The notes beneath the pieces were generated by a model that did no database searches, had not been told where the DNA came from, and worked only from the letters and a program-made list of their open reading frames with translations. Shown here piece after piece: positions 1 to 9,245 of a stretch of 64,000 bases of DNA (its first letter is position 1; each line of letters opens with the position of its first letter). The position numbers and the translations under genes are program-made. The DNA comes from a bacterium (GTDB lineage: Bacteria; Zhuqueibacterota; Zhuqueibacteria; Zhuqueibacterales; Zhuqueibacteraceae). The stretch covers positions 1 to 64,000 of the forward strand of contig JBIOXB010000048.1 in NCBI GenBank assembly GCA_044869275.1. Reading direction: 5' to 3'.

Positions 1-126
1 CTTATCCAGCGCGCCCTCCTGATGGCATTCGTTATACCAATCCAACCACATTTTGAACAGTTTGGGTTGCGGACCGCCGACTTCACCGAAACGCGCCAAA
101 TCTTCACTGAGATAATAACTGGGCAT
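1..126 (-). CDS. AhpD/carboxymuconolactone decarboxylase-like protein of the arsenosugar (rSAM/selenodomain)-associated type; only the 5' part, runs off the window
   Basis: Hand translation from ATG at 126, with GGAGGTG RBS: MPSYYLSEDLARFGEVGGPQPKLFKMWLDWYNECHQEGALDK. It resembles the YYxxxDLxxFG...EGAL N-terminus of that family. Not in the ORF track. Confidence 0.7.
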   Translation of the reverse strand, partial: MPSYYLSEDLARFGEVGGPQPKLFKMWLDWYNECHQEGALDK

Positions 127-152
127 AACACACCTCCGAGGTAAAGTTTTTT

Positions 153-208
153 GGATCATTGGATTGTTGGATCAATGCCTTTCCATTCATCCCTCAATCC
201 AATGATCC
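153..208. repeat. Short-tandem-repeat hairpin (GGATCATTGGATTG...CAATCCAATGATCC)
   Basis: 14-bp perfect inverted arms built from 8-nt periodic units; intergenic. Confidence 0.7.
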
Positions 209-302
209 ATTTGATTTTTATCTTATGAAACCAAAAGGACATGGCGAGGCCATGCCTGCTCAACGTTGCAGAGTTACAGTTGTTCGCGAATCAAACGTTC
301 TG

Positions 303-1079
303 TCATCTGCTGTGAAACGGCGAAGCGGGCGGGGGTCTTTGACCGTATTGGCGGATAAAATGGCGGGAAACAGGAAAAGCAATATGCAGCAACAGGAGGT
401 GTGGGAGGGCAGCAGAAAGAATCTTTTGCGCCAATCTGCACAACGCACGCAGCGCACGGTGCGCACGCGCCGCGCGCACCAAGTCTTCAATCGTGTCGAG
501 GTCGGAGCGCACTTCCAACAACACGGTGCGCACGCCCAGACGCGCAGTTTCCAGCAATAAGTCTTCCTGCACGTGGCTGGTCTGCCAGCGGCACGTGGCG
601 AATGCCGTTTTGAGCTTGGCCAGCGTCTCTCGCCGCGCCGCAATCAGATACACGCCGCCGTCAGCCGCCGAGCCCAGGGCCATCTCATAGCGCTGCAACA
701 AACCGAAAGCCGCCTCCAAATCCGCCGGGGTTAGATCGACGCAATCGTTGCCGATCGCCACGACTTCATCGTAGCCCAGTTCGAAAGCGTCAATGAGGGC
801 GGCAGTGAGGCGATCTTTGAAATTGCTGCCGCGCTGCACCAAAGTGCGCGCAATATGCGAGCAGCAAAAAGTATGTGAGGTAGCCGTGGTTGCCACCAGT
901 ACGGGATACGGCGTGGCGCCTGCCACCGCGAGCGCATGGCCTATCAATTCTTGATAAAAGGCAGCGCGCTCGGCCATGGATACACGCGCAAGGCGCTTGG
1001 CCCGCGCTTCCAGGGCCGGCGAATGTGTGAACAGCAGTATCGCGCGCTTGAGCGGCGGCGAATTGGCGTGAGAGATCAT
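303..1079 (-). CDS. DUF2064 / CofC-like glycosyltransferase-like protein (rSAM/selenodomain-associated transferase type)
   Basis: Motifs QRGSNFKDRL, IGNDC, LGSAADGGVYLI, WQT and DLDT. Confidence 0.8.
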   Translation of the reverse strand: MISHANSPPLKRAILLFTHSPALEARAKRLARVSMAERAAFYQELIGHALAVAGATPYPVLVATTATSHTFCCSHIARTLVQRGSNFKDRLTAALIDAFELGYDEVVAIGNDCVDLTPADLEAAFGLLQRYEMALGSAADGGVYLIAARRETLAKLKTAFATCRWQTSHVQEDLLLETARLGVRTVLLEVRSDLDTIEDLVRAARAHRALRALCRLAQKILSAALPHLLLLHIAFPVSRHFIRQYGQRPPPASPFHSR

Positions 1080-1099
1080 AGGGCGAGCATGTGTTTAGC

Positions 1100-1471
1100 T
1101 TAGAATATCGCCGACTGAAAATCAGAAAACTGAAAGAAATCTTTCACCAGGATCACCGCTTTTTCTGCGTCAAATTCTGCGCAGGTGTATAGGATAGTTG
1201 AAAGAAATTTCGCATTCGTCCACACCCCGATATAAATACCGGAGTCAATCAATGGCACGAAAGCATCAAATCCTTGATTGACGGCCTTGCCTTTGCCGCC
1301 GGTCTGGTGAATGATGGGCTCGCCGTAGGTCCGCAACCCGAGTCCTGTGGTAATAAGAGAAAAAAACGCTTTTAGCTTATCTTCTGTTACTTCTGTCTTG
1401 AAGTAGCCTTCGATGAGGAGACGTTTTCTGAATATGTCTGGAGCGATGCTGGTTAAGGGTGTGGTGTTCAT
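1100..1471 (-). CDS. S-adenosylmethionine decarboxylase-like (pyruvoyl-dependent fold) protein
   Basis: 123 aa. G-x-x-x-x-x-x-L-I-D-S-G-I-x-I-x-x-W and YTC align to the class-1B AdoMetDC pattern (LxESHxSxHTWPE...FTC). Confidence 0.6.
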   Translation of the reverse strand: MNTTPLTSIAPDIFRKRLLIEGYFKTEVTEDKLKAFFSLITTGLGLRTYGEPIIHQTGGKGKAVNQGFDAFVPLIDSGIYIGVWTNAKFLSTILYTCAEFDAEKAVILVKDFFQFSDFQSAIF

Positions 1472-1492
1472 GGGATTTTCCTCACATTTTCT

Positions 1493-2293
1493 TCAAAATC
1501 TGCCGTGGGCGCGTTCTTTGCCCGGCAAGATTTCCAGACAGGTGGTCCACCAGCCGGTGAGTATCGTTTCGACAAATTCCTGCGGCAATTCTTCTTCTTT
1601 CATCTCCAGCGCGAGGCGTTGATAGTCGTAGTCCAACGCGCGATACTCGATCTTCAATTCCGGCGTGAAATAGACAATGCTGTACCACACATTCGTGCGC
1701 CCCTCATTCTCGGGGCGGCCGATCACGCCAACGTTCGCGAACAGTTTTCCATTCGCCATGCCTCGCTGCCATTTGATCCCGGTATGGGTCGCGAGCACCA
1801 CGTCGGCTTCATAATCGCGAAAAAGTTTTTCAAGAAAATGCACGGGAGTGGCTGATTCCCACAAAAATTCGTTGGTTTTGCGCGGCGAGCCGTGGCACAG
1901 CAGCACGCGCTTGCCGAATGATTCAAAACGAATGAGCGGCGGCAATGCACGTTGATAGGCTTTGAATTCTTCCGAAGTATGGGAGCGCGTGTAATCGTAA
2001 CTGATCTGGGCAAAATAATTGTCGCGAGGATCCGTATAACCGCATTGGCAATCATTCAAATGATTGCCAATGCTGTGATCGTAGTTGCCCTGCACGACCT
2101 GCACCCTGCCTTCCACGAGCAAAGGATAAACGCGATTGGGATGAGGTCCGAACGCGCCGAGATCGCCCAAGCAGAAAATGGCATCGTGTGGAATCTTCAG
2201 AGCTTCTTGCAACAAAGACGACAGCGCCAGATAATTGTTGTACACACCGCCGAAAACAATGATGCGGCGGTAATCGGTTTTGCCGAGATGCAT
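1493..2293 (-). CDS. Calcineurin-like metallophosphoesterase
   Basis: Motifs CLGD, GNYD, HGSP and HTG, plus a CQCGY insert. The first DxH motif is replaced by GGVYNN. Confidence 0.85.
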   Translation of the reverse strand: MHLGKTDYRRIIVFGGVYNNYLALSSLLQEALKIPHDAIFCLGDLGAFGPHPNRVYPLLVEGRVQVVQGNYDHSIGNHLNDCQCGYTDPRDNYFAQISYDYTRSHTSEEFKAYQRALPPLIRFESFGKRVLLCHGSPRKTNEFLWESATPVHFLEKLFRDYEADVVLATHTGIKWQRGMANGKLFANVGVIGRPENEGRTNVWYSIVYFTPELKIEYRALDYDYQRLALEMKEEELPQEFVETILTGWWTTCLEILPGKERAHGRF

Positions 2294-2342
2294 GAATGAG
2301 GGATTCGTAATTCGTAATCCGTGAGGCGTATTTTTTTACGCA

Positions 2343-3293
2343 TTAGGTATCGCGCATGACGGAAAAATTACTGCAAATCGCTCCGCTCAAATAGCAGGTA
2401 TAACAAGCTTGATGCTGCAGCGGGTAAGGTTGGAACGATTCTGTCAATGTATCGCCGAGACGGGCGTCGGGTTTTTCGATCAAAATCGGGCAGACGTAAA
2501 CGCCGCGATCCGTGGCCATCCGGCTGTTGCTGCACAGCAGCAAATGATCATCATAACCTAGCATCATTTCCGGCGTCACGAATTCTTCCGCGGCATAGCC
2601 ACGCTCACGCTCCGCTTCGCGGCCAATGCGCAGTTGCGGAAGAATTTTCAGACGCGGCCGGGTGTAGCCCAGGCCGGACAAGACTTCGCGAAATCCCGTT
2701 AAGACCCGCTCATGCTCGCCGTCCGGCCAGCTTTGCATGCACGTAATAATCGGCAGAAAACCGGCTTCCACCAAATTCTTCACGCCTTGCAGGGCGCGCA
2801 CGAACGTGCCTTCGCCGCGAATGGGATCGTTGGTCTGCGGAGAGAAGCCATCGAGGCTGAGGCGCAACTCGAGAGAATACGGACTCGCCACGGCGATCTT
2901 CTGCAATTGCGCCGACACTTTCGGTGTGATCAACAAACCGTTCGACAATACGCTCGCCGGCCCGAGCGCGAGCGCGTCTTCCAAAATGCCGAGCAGATCT
3001 CGATTCATGAAGGGCTCGCCACCGGTGAAATAGTATTCCTTCACGCCGAGCTGCACCGATTCTTCGAGGTAGCGCCGGACTTGTTGCCGCGTCATGAACT
3101 CAAAGGCATGATTTTGGGGGCTGCAGCTGATGAAACAGTGCGTGCACCACAGATTACACACCGTGCCGCCCACCTGAAACCAAAGCGCATCGAGCTCGTA
3201 CAGGGGCACCCGGGGCGAGCGTTCCGGGGGTTGCACCCATTTTACCGCCCTCGCTTCCATATTTCTTTCCACCGTAATTATGTCTTGATTCAT
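2343..3293 (-). CDS. Radical SAM protein, ArsS-like architecture
   Basis: CNLWCTHC (CxxxCxxC), FTGGEP and SLDG; C-terminal C-x12-C...CYTC-x6-C putative auxiliary ligands. Confidence 0.85.
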   Translation of the reverse strand: MNQDIITVERNMEARAVKWVQPPERSPRVPLYELDALWFQVGGTVCNLWCTHCFISCSPQNHAFEFMTRQQVRRYLEESVQLGVKEYYFTGGEPFMNRDLLGILEDALALGPASVLSNGLLITPKVSAQLQKIAVASPYSLELRLSLDGFSPQTNDPIRGEGTFVRALQGVKNLVEAGFLPIITCMQSWPDGEHERVLTGFREVLSGLGYTRPRLKILPQLRIGREAERERGYAAEEFVTPEMMLGYDDHLLLCSNSRMATDRGVYVCPILIEKPDARLGDTLTESFQPYPLQHQACYTCYLSGAICSNFSVMRDT

Positions 3294-3300
3294 GAGAGTA

Positions 3301-3449
3301 CAAACTGTGTGAAAACTCGGGAGGCCGCACCCTGAGCTTGTCGAAGGGTGCTAAGTTCAAGAATCAGGCTTCGACAAGCTCAGCCTTCGACAAGCTCAGC
3401 CTTCGACAAGCTCAGGGTGCGTTGAAACCAAGCGTTTTCACACAGCCTG
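3301..3449. mobile_element. MITE copy 1: TIRs CAAACTGTGTGAAAAC / GTTTTCACACAGCCTG enclosing CTTCGACAAGCTCAG REP-like units
   Basis: Terminal inverted repeats; an inverted, closely similar copy lies at 15586-15731. Confidence 0.8.
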
Positions 3450-3579
3450 GACACACAAAACTTAAACTCAAATCTGTGACAACTTATTCCCATTTGCAAA
3501 CGAATTCTCAAGAATTCAATGGCTTTTTAGCTTGCTTTTTGCGATAGATCGCTGCTCAGCACGAGATCATCTTTCACCT

Positions 3580-3607
3580 TTGCATTTCAGCTTGCGCTTG
3601 TTATATT
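3580..3607 (+). promoter_or_regulatory. Putative sigma70 promoter for argGH
   Basis: TTGCAT-N16-TATATT about 210 bp upstream of argG. Confidence 0.35.
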
Positions 3608-3814
3608 TTGCGCTGGTGAGGATCGGAGTCTTGCTGAAGATACGAACACCCCCCTTCCTCCAGATTTCCTCCTCGACATTTACCCGGAGATTACCTATCA
3701 ATTGTGATCTGGAGGAATCTTTTTCAGGCCAGAAGCAATACTGGAAGCTGAAAGAGATTCCTGCAGAATGGCATGAACGGTGGAACTTTCAGACTTCAAG
3801 GAGATCACGCAGCG

Positions 3815-5053
<1,239 letters not shown>

Positions 5054-5055
5054 AT

Positions 5056-5111
5056 AGTAATCAGTGAGCAGTAATCAGTTTTCAGTCACTGATTACTGCT
5101 CACTGATTACT
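5056..5111. repeat. Heptamer (CAGTNNN) tandem-repeat palindrome between argG and argH
   Basis: AGTAATCAGTGAGCAGTAATCAGT...ACTGATTACTGCTCACTGATTACT, 24-bp perfect arms. Confidence 0.85.
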
Positions 5112-5126
5112 GAATACTAAACACTT

Positions 5127-6569
5127 ATGACCAGAACTATGCGCAAGAAGGGGATCAATCAAAAGACAGCAACGCCCTCACCAAACCCGACAAAAGTCTG
5201 GAGCGGGCGTTTCGAAACGCAAACCGCGGAGTTGATGGAGAAATTCAGCCGCTCGTTGGACGTCGATCGCGCGATGTGGCGGGAGGATCTCGCGGTCAAT
5301 CGCGCCTGGGCAAAAGCCTTGCGCGCGGCGAAAATTCTGACCGCGGCGGAAGAACGAGCCATGCTGCGCGCGCTGCAAAAGATGGAAGAAGAATTTCGCA
5401 CCGAGTGTTTTCAGTTTCATGCGGGCGACGAAGACATTCACGTCGCCACCGAACGCAGGCTGATCGAGCTCATCGGCGACATCGGAGCGAAAATTCATAC
5501 GGGCCGCAGCCGCAACGATCAAGTGGTCACAGATTTCCGGCTTTATCTCAAGCGTCAAGTCGCGACCTTGCAAGAAGCCATGCGCCGGCTGGTTGGTGTC
5601 ATCATCAAACAGGCCGAAGCTTCCGTCGATTTCATTCTTCCGGGTTATACGCACACGCAGCAAGCGCAGCCCCTGCGCCTGGCGCATTACCTGCTCTCTG
5701 CTTTTTTTGCGCTGCGGCGGCTGCACGAACAGGTGCAACAGTGTCTTGATCGCTTCGATGAAATGCCGCTCGGCAGCGGCGCGGTGGCCGGCACGGCGTT
5801 CCCGATCAATCGCAAGCTGCTGGCGCGCGAGCTGGGCTTCAGCCGGGTGATGGAAAACTCCGTCGACGCCACCGGTACGCGCAGCTTTTGCAGTGAGATG
5901 GTCTTCGTCTGCACAGATATCGGCGTGACGTTGAGCCGCTATGCCCACGATTTCATTCTGTGGTGCTCGCAGGAATTCGGCTTCATCGACCCGGGCGAGC
6001 AGTTCGCCACGGGCTCGAGCATGATGCCCAACAAAAAGAATCCCGATGCCTTCGAGCTGGTGCGCGGCAAGGCCGGTCATTTGCTCGGCTTGCTGGCCCA
6101 AATCACCTCTCTGCAAAAAGGCCTGCCCGCCACCTACAGCCGCGATTTGCAGGACGACAAAGTCACGGTATTCGCGGCGGTGCAGATCACGCACGATTGC
6201 CTGCAAGTTTTTACCGGCGCCCTGGCCACCTGTTGCTTTCGCAAAAATAGAATGGCCTCCGCCCTCGATAGCGGCTTGTTCGCCACCGACGTCGCGGATT
6301 ATTTGGTGAGAAAAGGCATACCGTTCCGGCAGGCGCATCAAATTGTTGCGCGGGTCGTGCAACATTGCGAGCGCATTTCGTACCGTTTGCACGAATTGCC
6401 CATGAGCTTTTGGCTGGCGCTGCATCCCGCCTTTGACGAAAGCGTGAAGCAATGCTTTTCCGCGGCCACAAGCATCGAGCGCCGCAGTGCGATCGGAGGA
6501 ACAGCGAGGAAGGAAGTTTTGAGGCAATTACAGCAGGCGAAGGCGTGGTTGAAAACGCAGCCAAAATAG
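5127..6569 (+). CDS. argH: Argininosuccinate lyase
   Basis: WSGRF, EDIH, HTGRSRNDQV and GSSMMPNKKNPD. Confidence 0.96.
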   Translation: MTRTMRKKGINQKTATPSPNPTKVWSGRFETQTAELMEKFSRSLDVDRAMWREDLAVNRAWAKALRAAKILTAAEERAMLRALQKMEEEFRTECFQFHAGDEDIHVATERRLIELIGDIGAKIHTGRSRNDQVVTDFRLYLKRQVATLQEAMRRLVGVIIKQAEASVDFILPGYTHTQQAQPLRLAHYLLSAFFALRRLHEQVQQCLDRFDEMPLGSGAVAGTAFPINRKLLARELGFSRVMENSVDATGTRSFCSEMVFVCTDIGVTLSRYAHDFILWCSQEFGFIDPGEQFATGSSMMPNKKNPDAFELVRGKAGHLLGLLAQITSLQKGLPATYSRDLQDDKVTVFAAVQITHDCLQVFTGALATCCFRKNRMASALDSGLFATDVADYLVRKGIPFRQAHQIVARVVQHCERISYRLHELPMSFWLALHPAFDESVKQCFSAATSIERRSAIGGTARKEVLRQLQQAKAWLKTQPK

Positions 6570-6595
6570 CCGCTCAAAAGCAGCCGGCGCCGCTC

Positions 6596-6760
6596 TTAGA
6601 GTTTGGGCCTGCGGCTGGATTCCAGCGAGGCTACGTCCAGGTCTTTGGTGTAACGAGGCTCGGTGTGGAATATTACCGCATAAGCACCCACGACCAAATA
6701 CTTAGCCCCGGCGTCGTTTAAGCACTGAAACAGATCTTTGAAGTCTGGGTTGTTCTGCAT
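6596..6760 (-). pseudogene. Internally deleted nucleotidyltransferase (TA-like, DUF6036-type)
   Basis: Hand translation MQNNPDFKDLFQCLNDAGAKYLVVGAYAVIFHTEPRYTKDLDVASLESSRRPKL*. It has the G-x-x-A...R-x-T-x-D-x-D motif but is only 54 aa. Confidence 0.75.
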
Positions 6761-6950
6761 TTCGGCCTCGGATAAGCTCTACTTCCCTGACCATTTGCCA
6801 GGCAGCGGCAAAGCGAACGGCGGCGTCGATTTTTTGCCAAAACTCAAGATCGAATGAACGATCCTGTTGATCGCGCCGTATCAGACGCGACATGATGACA
6901 CGCCCCGGGGGCGTTTCAATCTTCGGGTTTTTGTTACTTGTATTATGCAT
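6702..6950 (-). CDS. Small hypothetical protein, partner overlapping the nucleotidyltransferase start
   Basis: The 3' end of the 6702..8768 ORF (DLEFWQKIDAAVRFAAAW...PRLQRSV) is typical of small genes preceding such NTases. Start at 6950 or 6893. Confidence 0.6.
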   Translation of the reverse strand: MHNTSNKNPKIETPPGRVIMSRLIRRDQQDRSFDLEFWQKIDAAVRFAAAWQMVREVELIRGRNAEQPRLQRSVSVLKRRRG

Positions 6951-6992
6951 ATTGAAATTTAACGAATCGTTTCGCCAATCACAAGGCACGAT

Positions 6993-8138
6993 ATGCCCTC
7001 CGACAAAATTTTTATCACCTGTGCCAAAGGCATCGTTCCTTTTTTGAAAGAGGAAGTCCTGGCGCTGGGCTTTCCGATACACGAGGAAATGCCGGCCGGC
7101 GTGCTCACGGCCGGCACGCTGGCGGATACCATGAAACTCAATCTGCATTTGCGCACGGCCCAGCGCGTATTGTATTTTTTGCAGGAATTCAAAGCCTACT
7201 CGCCGGACGAGCTTTATCGTGCCATGCTCAAGATCAAGTGGGAGGATTACATTCCTGCGGACGGGTACGTTTGCGTCACCTCCTCTGTGCACCACGACAC
7301 CATCAAAGACACGCGCTTTGCCAATCTCAAAGCGAAAGACGCTCTGGTCGATCGCATGAAGAGCAAACGCCGCCAGCGCCCGGATTCCGGTCCCGCGCGC
7401 GATCGCAGCGTAGTCTTTTTCCATTGGCATGACAATCATTGCAGCGTTTACCTTGACACCTCCGGCGAAGCGCTGTACAAGCGCGGCTATCGCAGGTTGC
7501 ACAATATTGCCCCCATGCAAGAGACGCTCGCCGCGGCCCTGGTTTTGGCCAGCGGTTGGAATGGCGCGACTCATTTCGTCAACCCCATGTGCGGCAGCGG
7601 CACGCTGGCCATCGAAGCCGCGCTGCTCGCGCTCGATAAAGCGCCGGGCCTGCTGCGCGGCAATTATGGTTTCATGCATTTGCATTGGTACAATGCTTTC
7701 GAATGGAACAAGCTGGGCAAAAAGGCACGCGAAGCAACAAAGAAATCGTTGACTTGCAAAATTGTCGCCACCGACCACGACCCCAAAGCCATTGCCGCCG
7801 CGCGGCAAAATGCCATCGCCGCCAATGTCGATCGCTGGATCGATTTCCGCGTGTGTGATTTTACCGAGACCCCCGTACCAGAAGGCGCCGGCGTAGTGAT
7901 GCTGAATCCCGAATACGGCGAGCGCATGGGCAAAGCCATTGCGTTGGAGGAAACCTACGGCCGCATCGGGGACTATCTCAAACAAAAGTGCCAGGGCCAT
8001 ACCGGTTACGTCTTTACCGGCAACCTCGAGCTGGCGAAGAAAATCGGTTTGCAGGTGAAACGCAAGCTTCCTTTCTATAATGGCGAGATCGAATGCCGGT
8101 TGTTGGAATATGAATTGTATGAAGGCAGCAAAGCTTGA
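6993..8138 (+). CDS. THUMP-domain class I SAM-dependent RNA methyltransferase (RlmL/YpsC-like)
   Basis: LDTSGEALYKRGYR, APMQETLAAA, NPMCGSGT and NPEYGER. Confidence 0.88.
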   Translation: MPSDKIFITCAKGIVPFLKEEVLALGFPIHEEMPAGVLTAGTLADTMKLNLHLRTAQRVLYFLQEFKAYSPDELYRAMLKIKWEDYIPADGYVCVTSSVHHDTIKDTRFANLKAKDALVDRMKSKRRQRPDSGPARDRSVVFFHWHDNHCSVYLDTSGEALYKRGYRRLHNIAPMQETLAAALVLASGWNGATHFVNPMCGSGTLAIEAALLALDKAPGLLRGNYGFMHLHWYNAFEWNKLGKKAREATKKSLTCKIVATDHDPKAIAAARQNAIAANVDRWIDFRVCDFTETPVPEGAGVVMLNPEYGERMGKAIALEETYGRIGDYLKQKCQGHTGYVFTGNLELAKKIGLQVKRKLPFYNGEIECRLLEYELYEGSKA

Positions 8139-8297
8139 ATTTATCGATCTGATTTCCAGATTTCTCAATGTCATTCTGAAAAATTCAATCTGTATGAAAA
8201 CACGTTTTTGAAAGCTTTTCGCGTGCAGGCTTAAAATCCGTGTAAGATTTTTCCAAGCAAGCAAAAGATTTCGCCCTGACAAAGTCGAGAAGACCTC

Positions 8298-9092
8298 ATG
8301 CCCGACAAACAACCACGGCGCGAAGAAATTCGCGCGATCTGGAACCAAAACGCCGATCATTGGGATGAAAAAATGGGGGAAGGCAATCACTTCCACAAAG
8401 CTCTGATCGAGCCGGCACAGAAGCGCTTGCTCAATTTGCAGCCGGAAGAGCTGGTGCTGGATATCGCCTGTGGCAACGGCCAATTTGCGCGTGAAATGGC
8501 CGGACTCGGCGCGCAGGTCGTGGCTTGCGACGTTTCCGAGCTCATGATCGCACATGCGCAGAAGCGCACAAAAGATCAAGGCGATCGCATCGCCTATCAC
8601 GTCCTCGACGCCACCGATGGCGAGCAGTTGCAAGAACTGGCACAGTATCGCTTTGATGCCGCCGTGTGCACGATGGCGTTCATGGACATGCTCACGCTGG
8701 AGCCTTTGCTGCAATTTCTGCCGCAAGTGCTCAAACGGAACGGGCGGTTCGTTTTTTCGGAATGCCACCCGTGTTTTAATTCTGGTGAATTTGCATGCCT
8801 TCAGGAAGAGGAAGATTGTGAAGGCAAACTCATCTCGCGGCAGGGCGTGAAAGTTTTTGACTACATTCTACCCTCGACCAAGAAAGGCCTGGCCATGCGT
8901 GGCCAGCCTGCGCCGCATCACTATTTTCATCGTCCCTTGAGTATGCTGCTGCATTCATGTTTTCAAGCCGGCTTCGTGCTCGAGGCCTTGGAAGAACCCG
9001 TCATGGGCGAGCATGCGCGAGCGGGAAAGTTTTGGGATGCCGTTTACAAAAACATCCCGCCGGCATTGGTGGCGAGAATGCGTTTGGCATAG
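8298..9092 (+). CDS. Class I SAM-dependent methyltransferase
   Basis: VLDIACGNG, HPCF and YFHRPLS. Confidence 0.85.
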   Translation: MPDKQPRREEIRAIWNQNADHWDEKMGEGNHFHKALIEPAQKRLLNLQPEELVLDIACGNGQFAREMAGLGAQVVACDVSELMIAHAQKRTKDQGDRIAYHVLDATDGEQLQELAQYRFDAAVCTMAFMDMLTLEPLLQFLPQVLKRNGRFVFSECHPCFNSGEFACLQEEEDCEGKLISRQGVKVFDYILPSTKKGLAMRGQPAPHHYFHRPLSMLLHSCFQAGFVLEALEEPVMGEHARAGKFWDAVYKNIPPALVARMRLA

Positions 9093-9245
9093 AAATCACA
9101 ATACGAATTTGACCGCCGAAACTATCGTAGATATTTCAGCCGCAAACGGCTAGACTTTACGCATTAAGTTTTTGCGCAACGCATACGGCGCAAAATTGAC
9201 TCAACCCAAGTTGCAACATAACAATTCTTCGAACGGAGCAGATTC

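Noticed and set aside
290..3293. Selenocysteine (TGA) read-through in the rSAM cluster
   Set aside because: The rSAM and AdoMetDC-like genes end in TAA. The DUF2064 TGA is followed by another TGA four codons later. I saw no TGA at a conserved-Cys position.
3325..3420. CTTCGACAAGCTCAG repeats as a possible CRISPR array
   Set aside because: Units are about 15-16 bp and directly tandem without unique spacers, they sit inside TIRs, and there are no cas genes.
5178..6527. 449-aa ORF antisense to argH, and similar long antisense ORFs such as 61058-62155, 52389-53423 and 17328-18218
   Set aside because: They lie opposite well-supported genes and have no recognisable motifs, as expected from GC-rich codon bias.
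6702..8768. 688-aa minus-strand ORF
   Set aside because: Mostly the antisense shadow of two methyltransferase genes. Only the last 63-82 codons look like a real gene.
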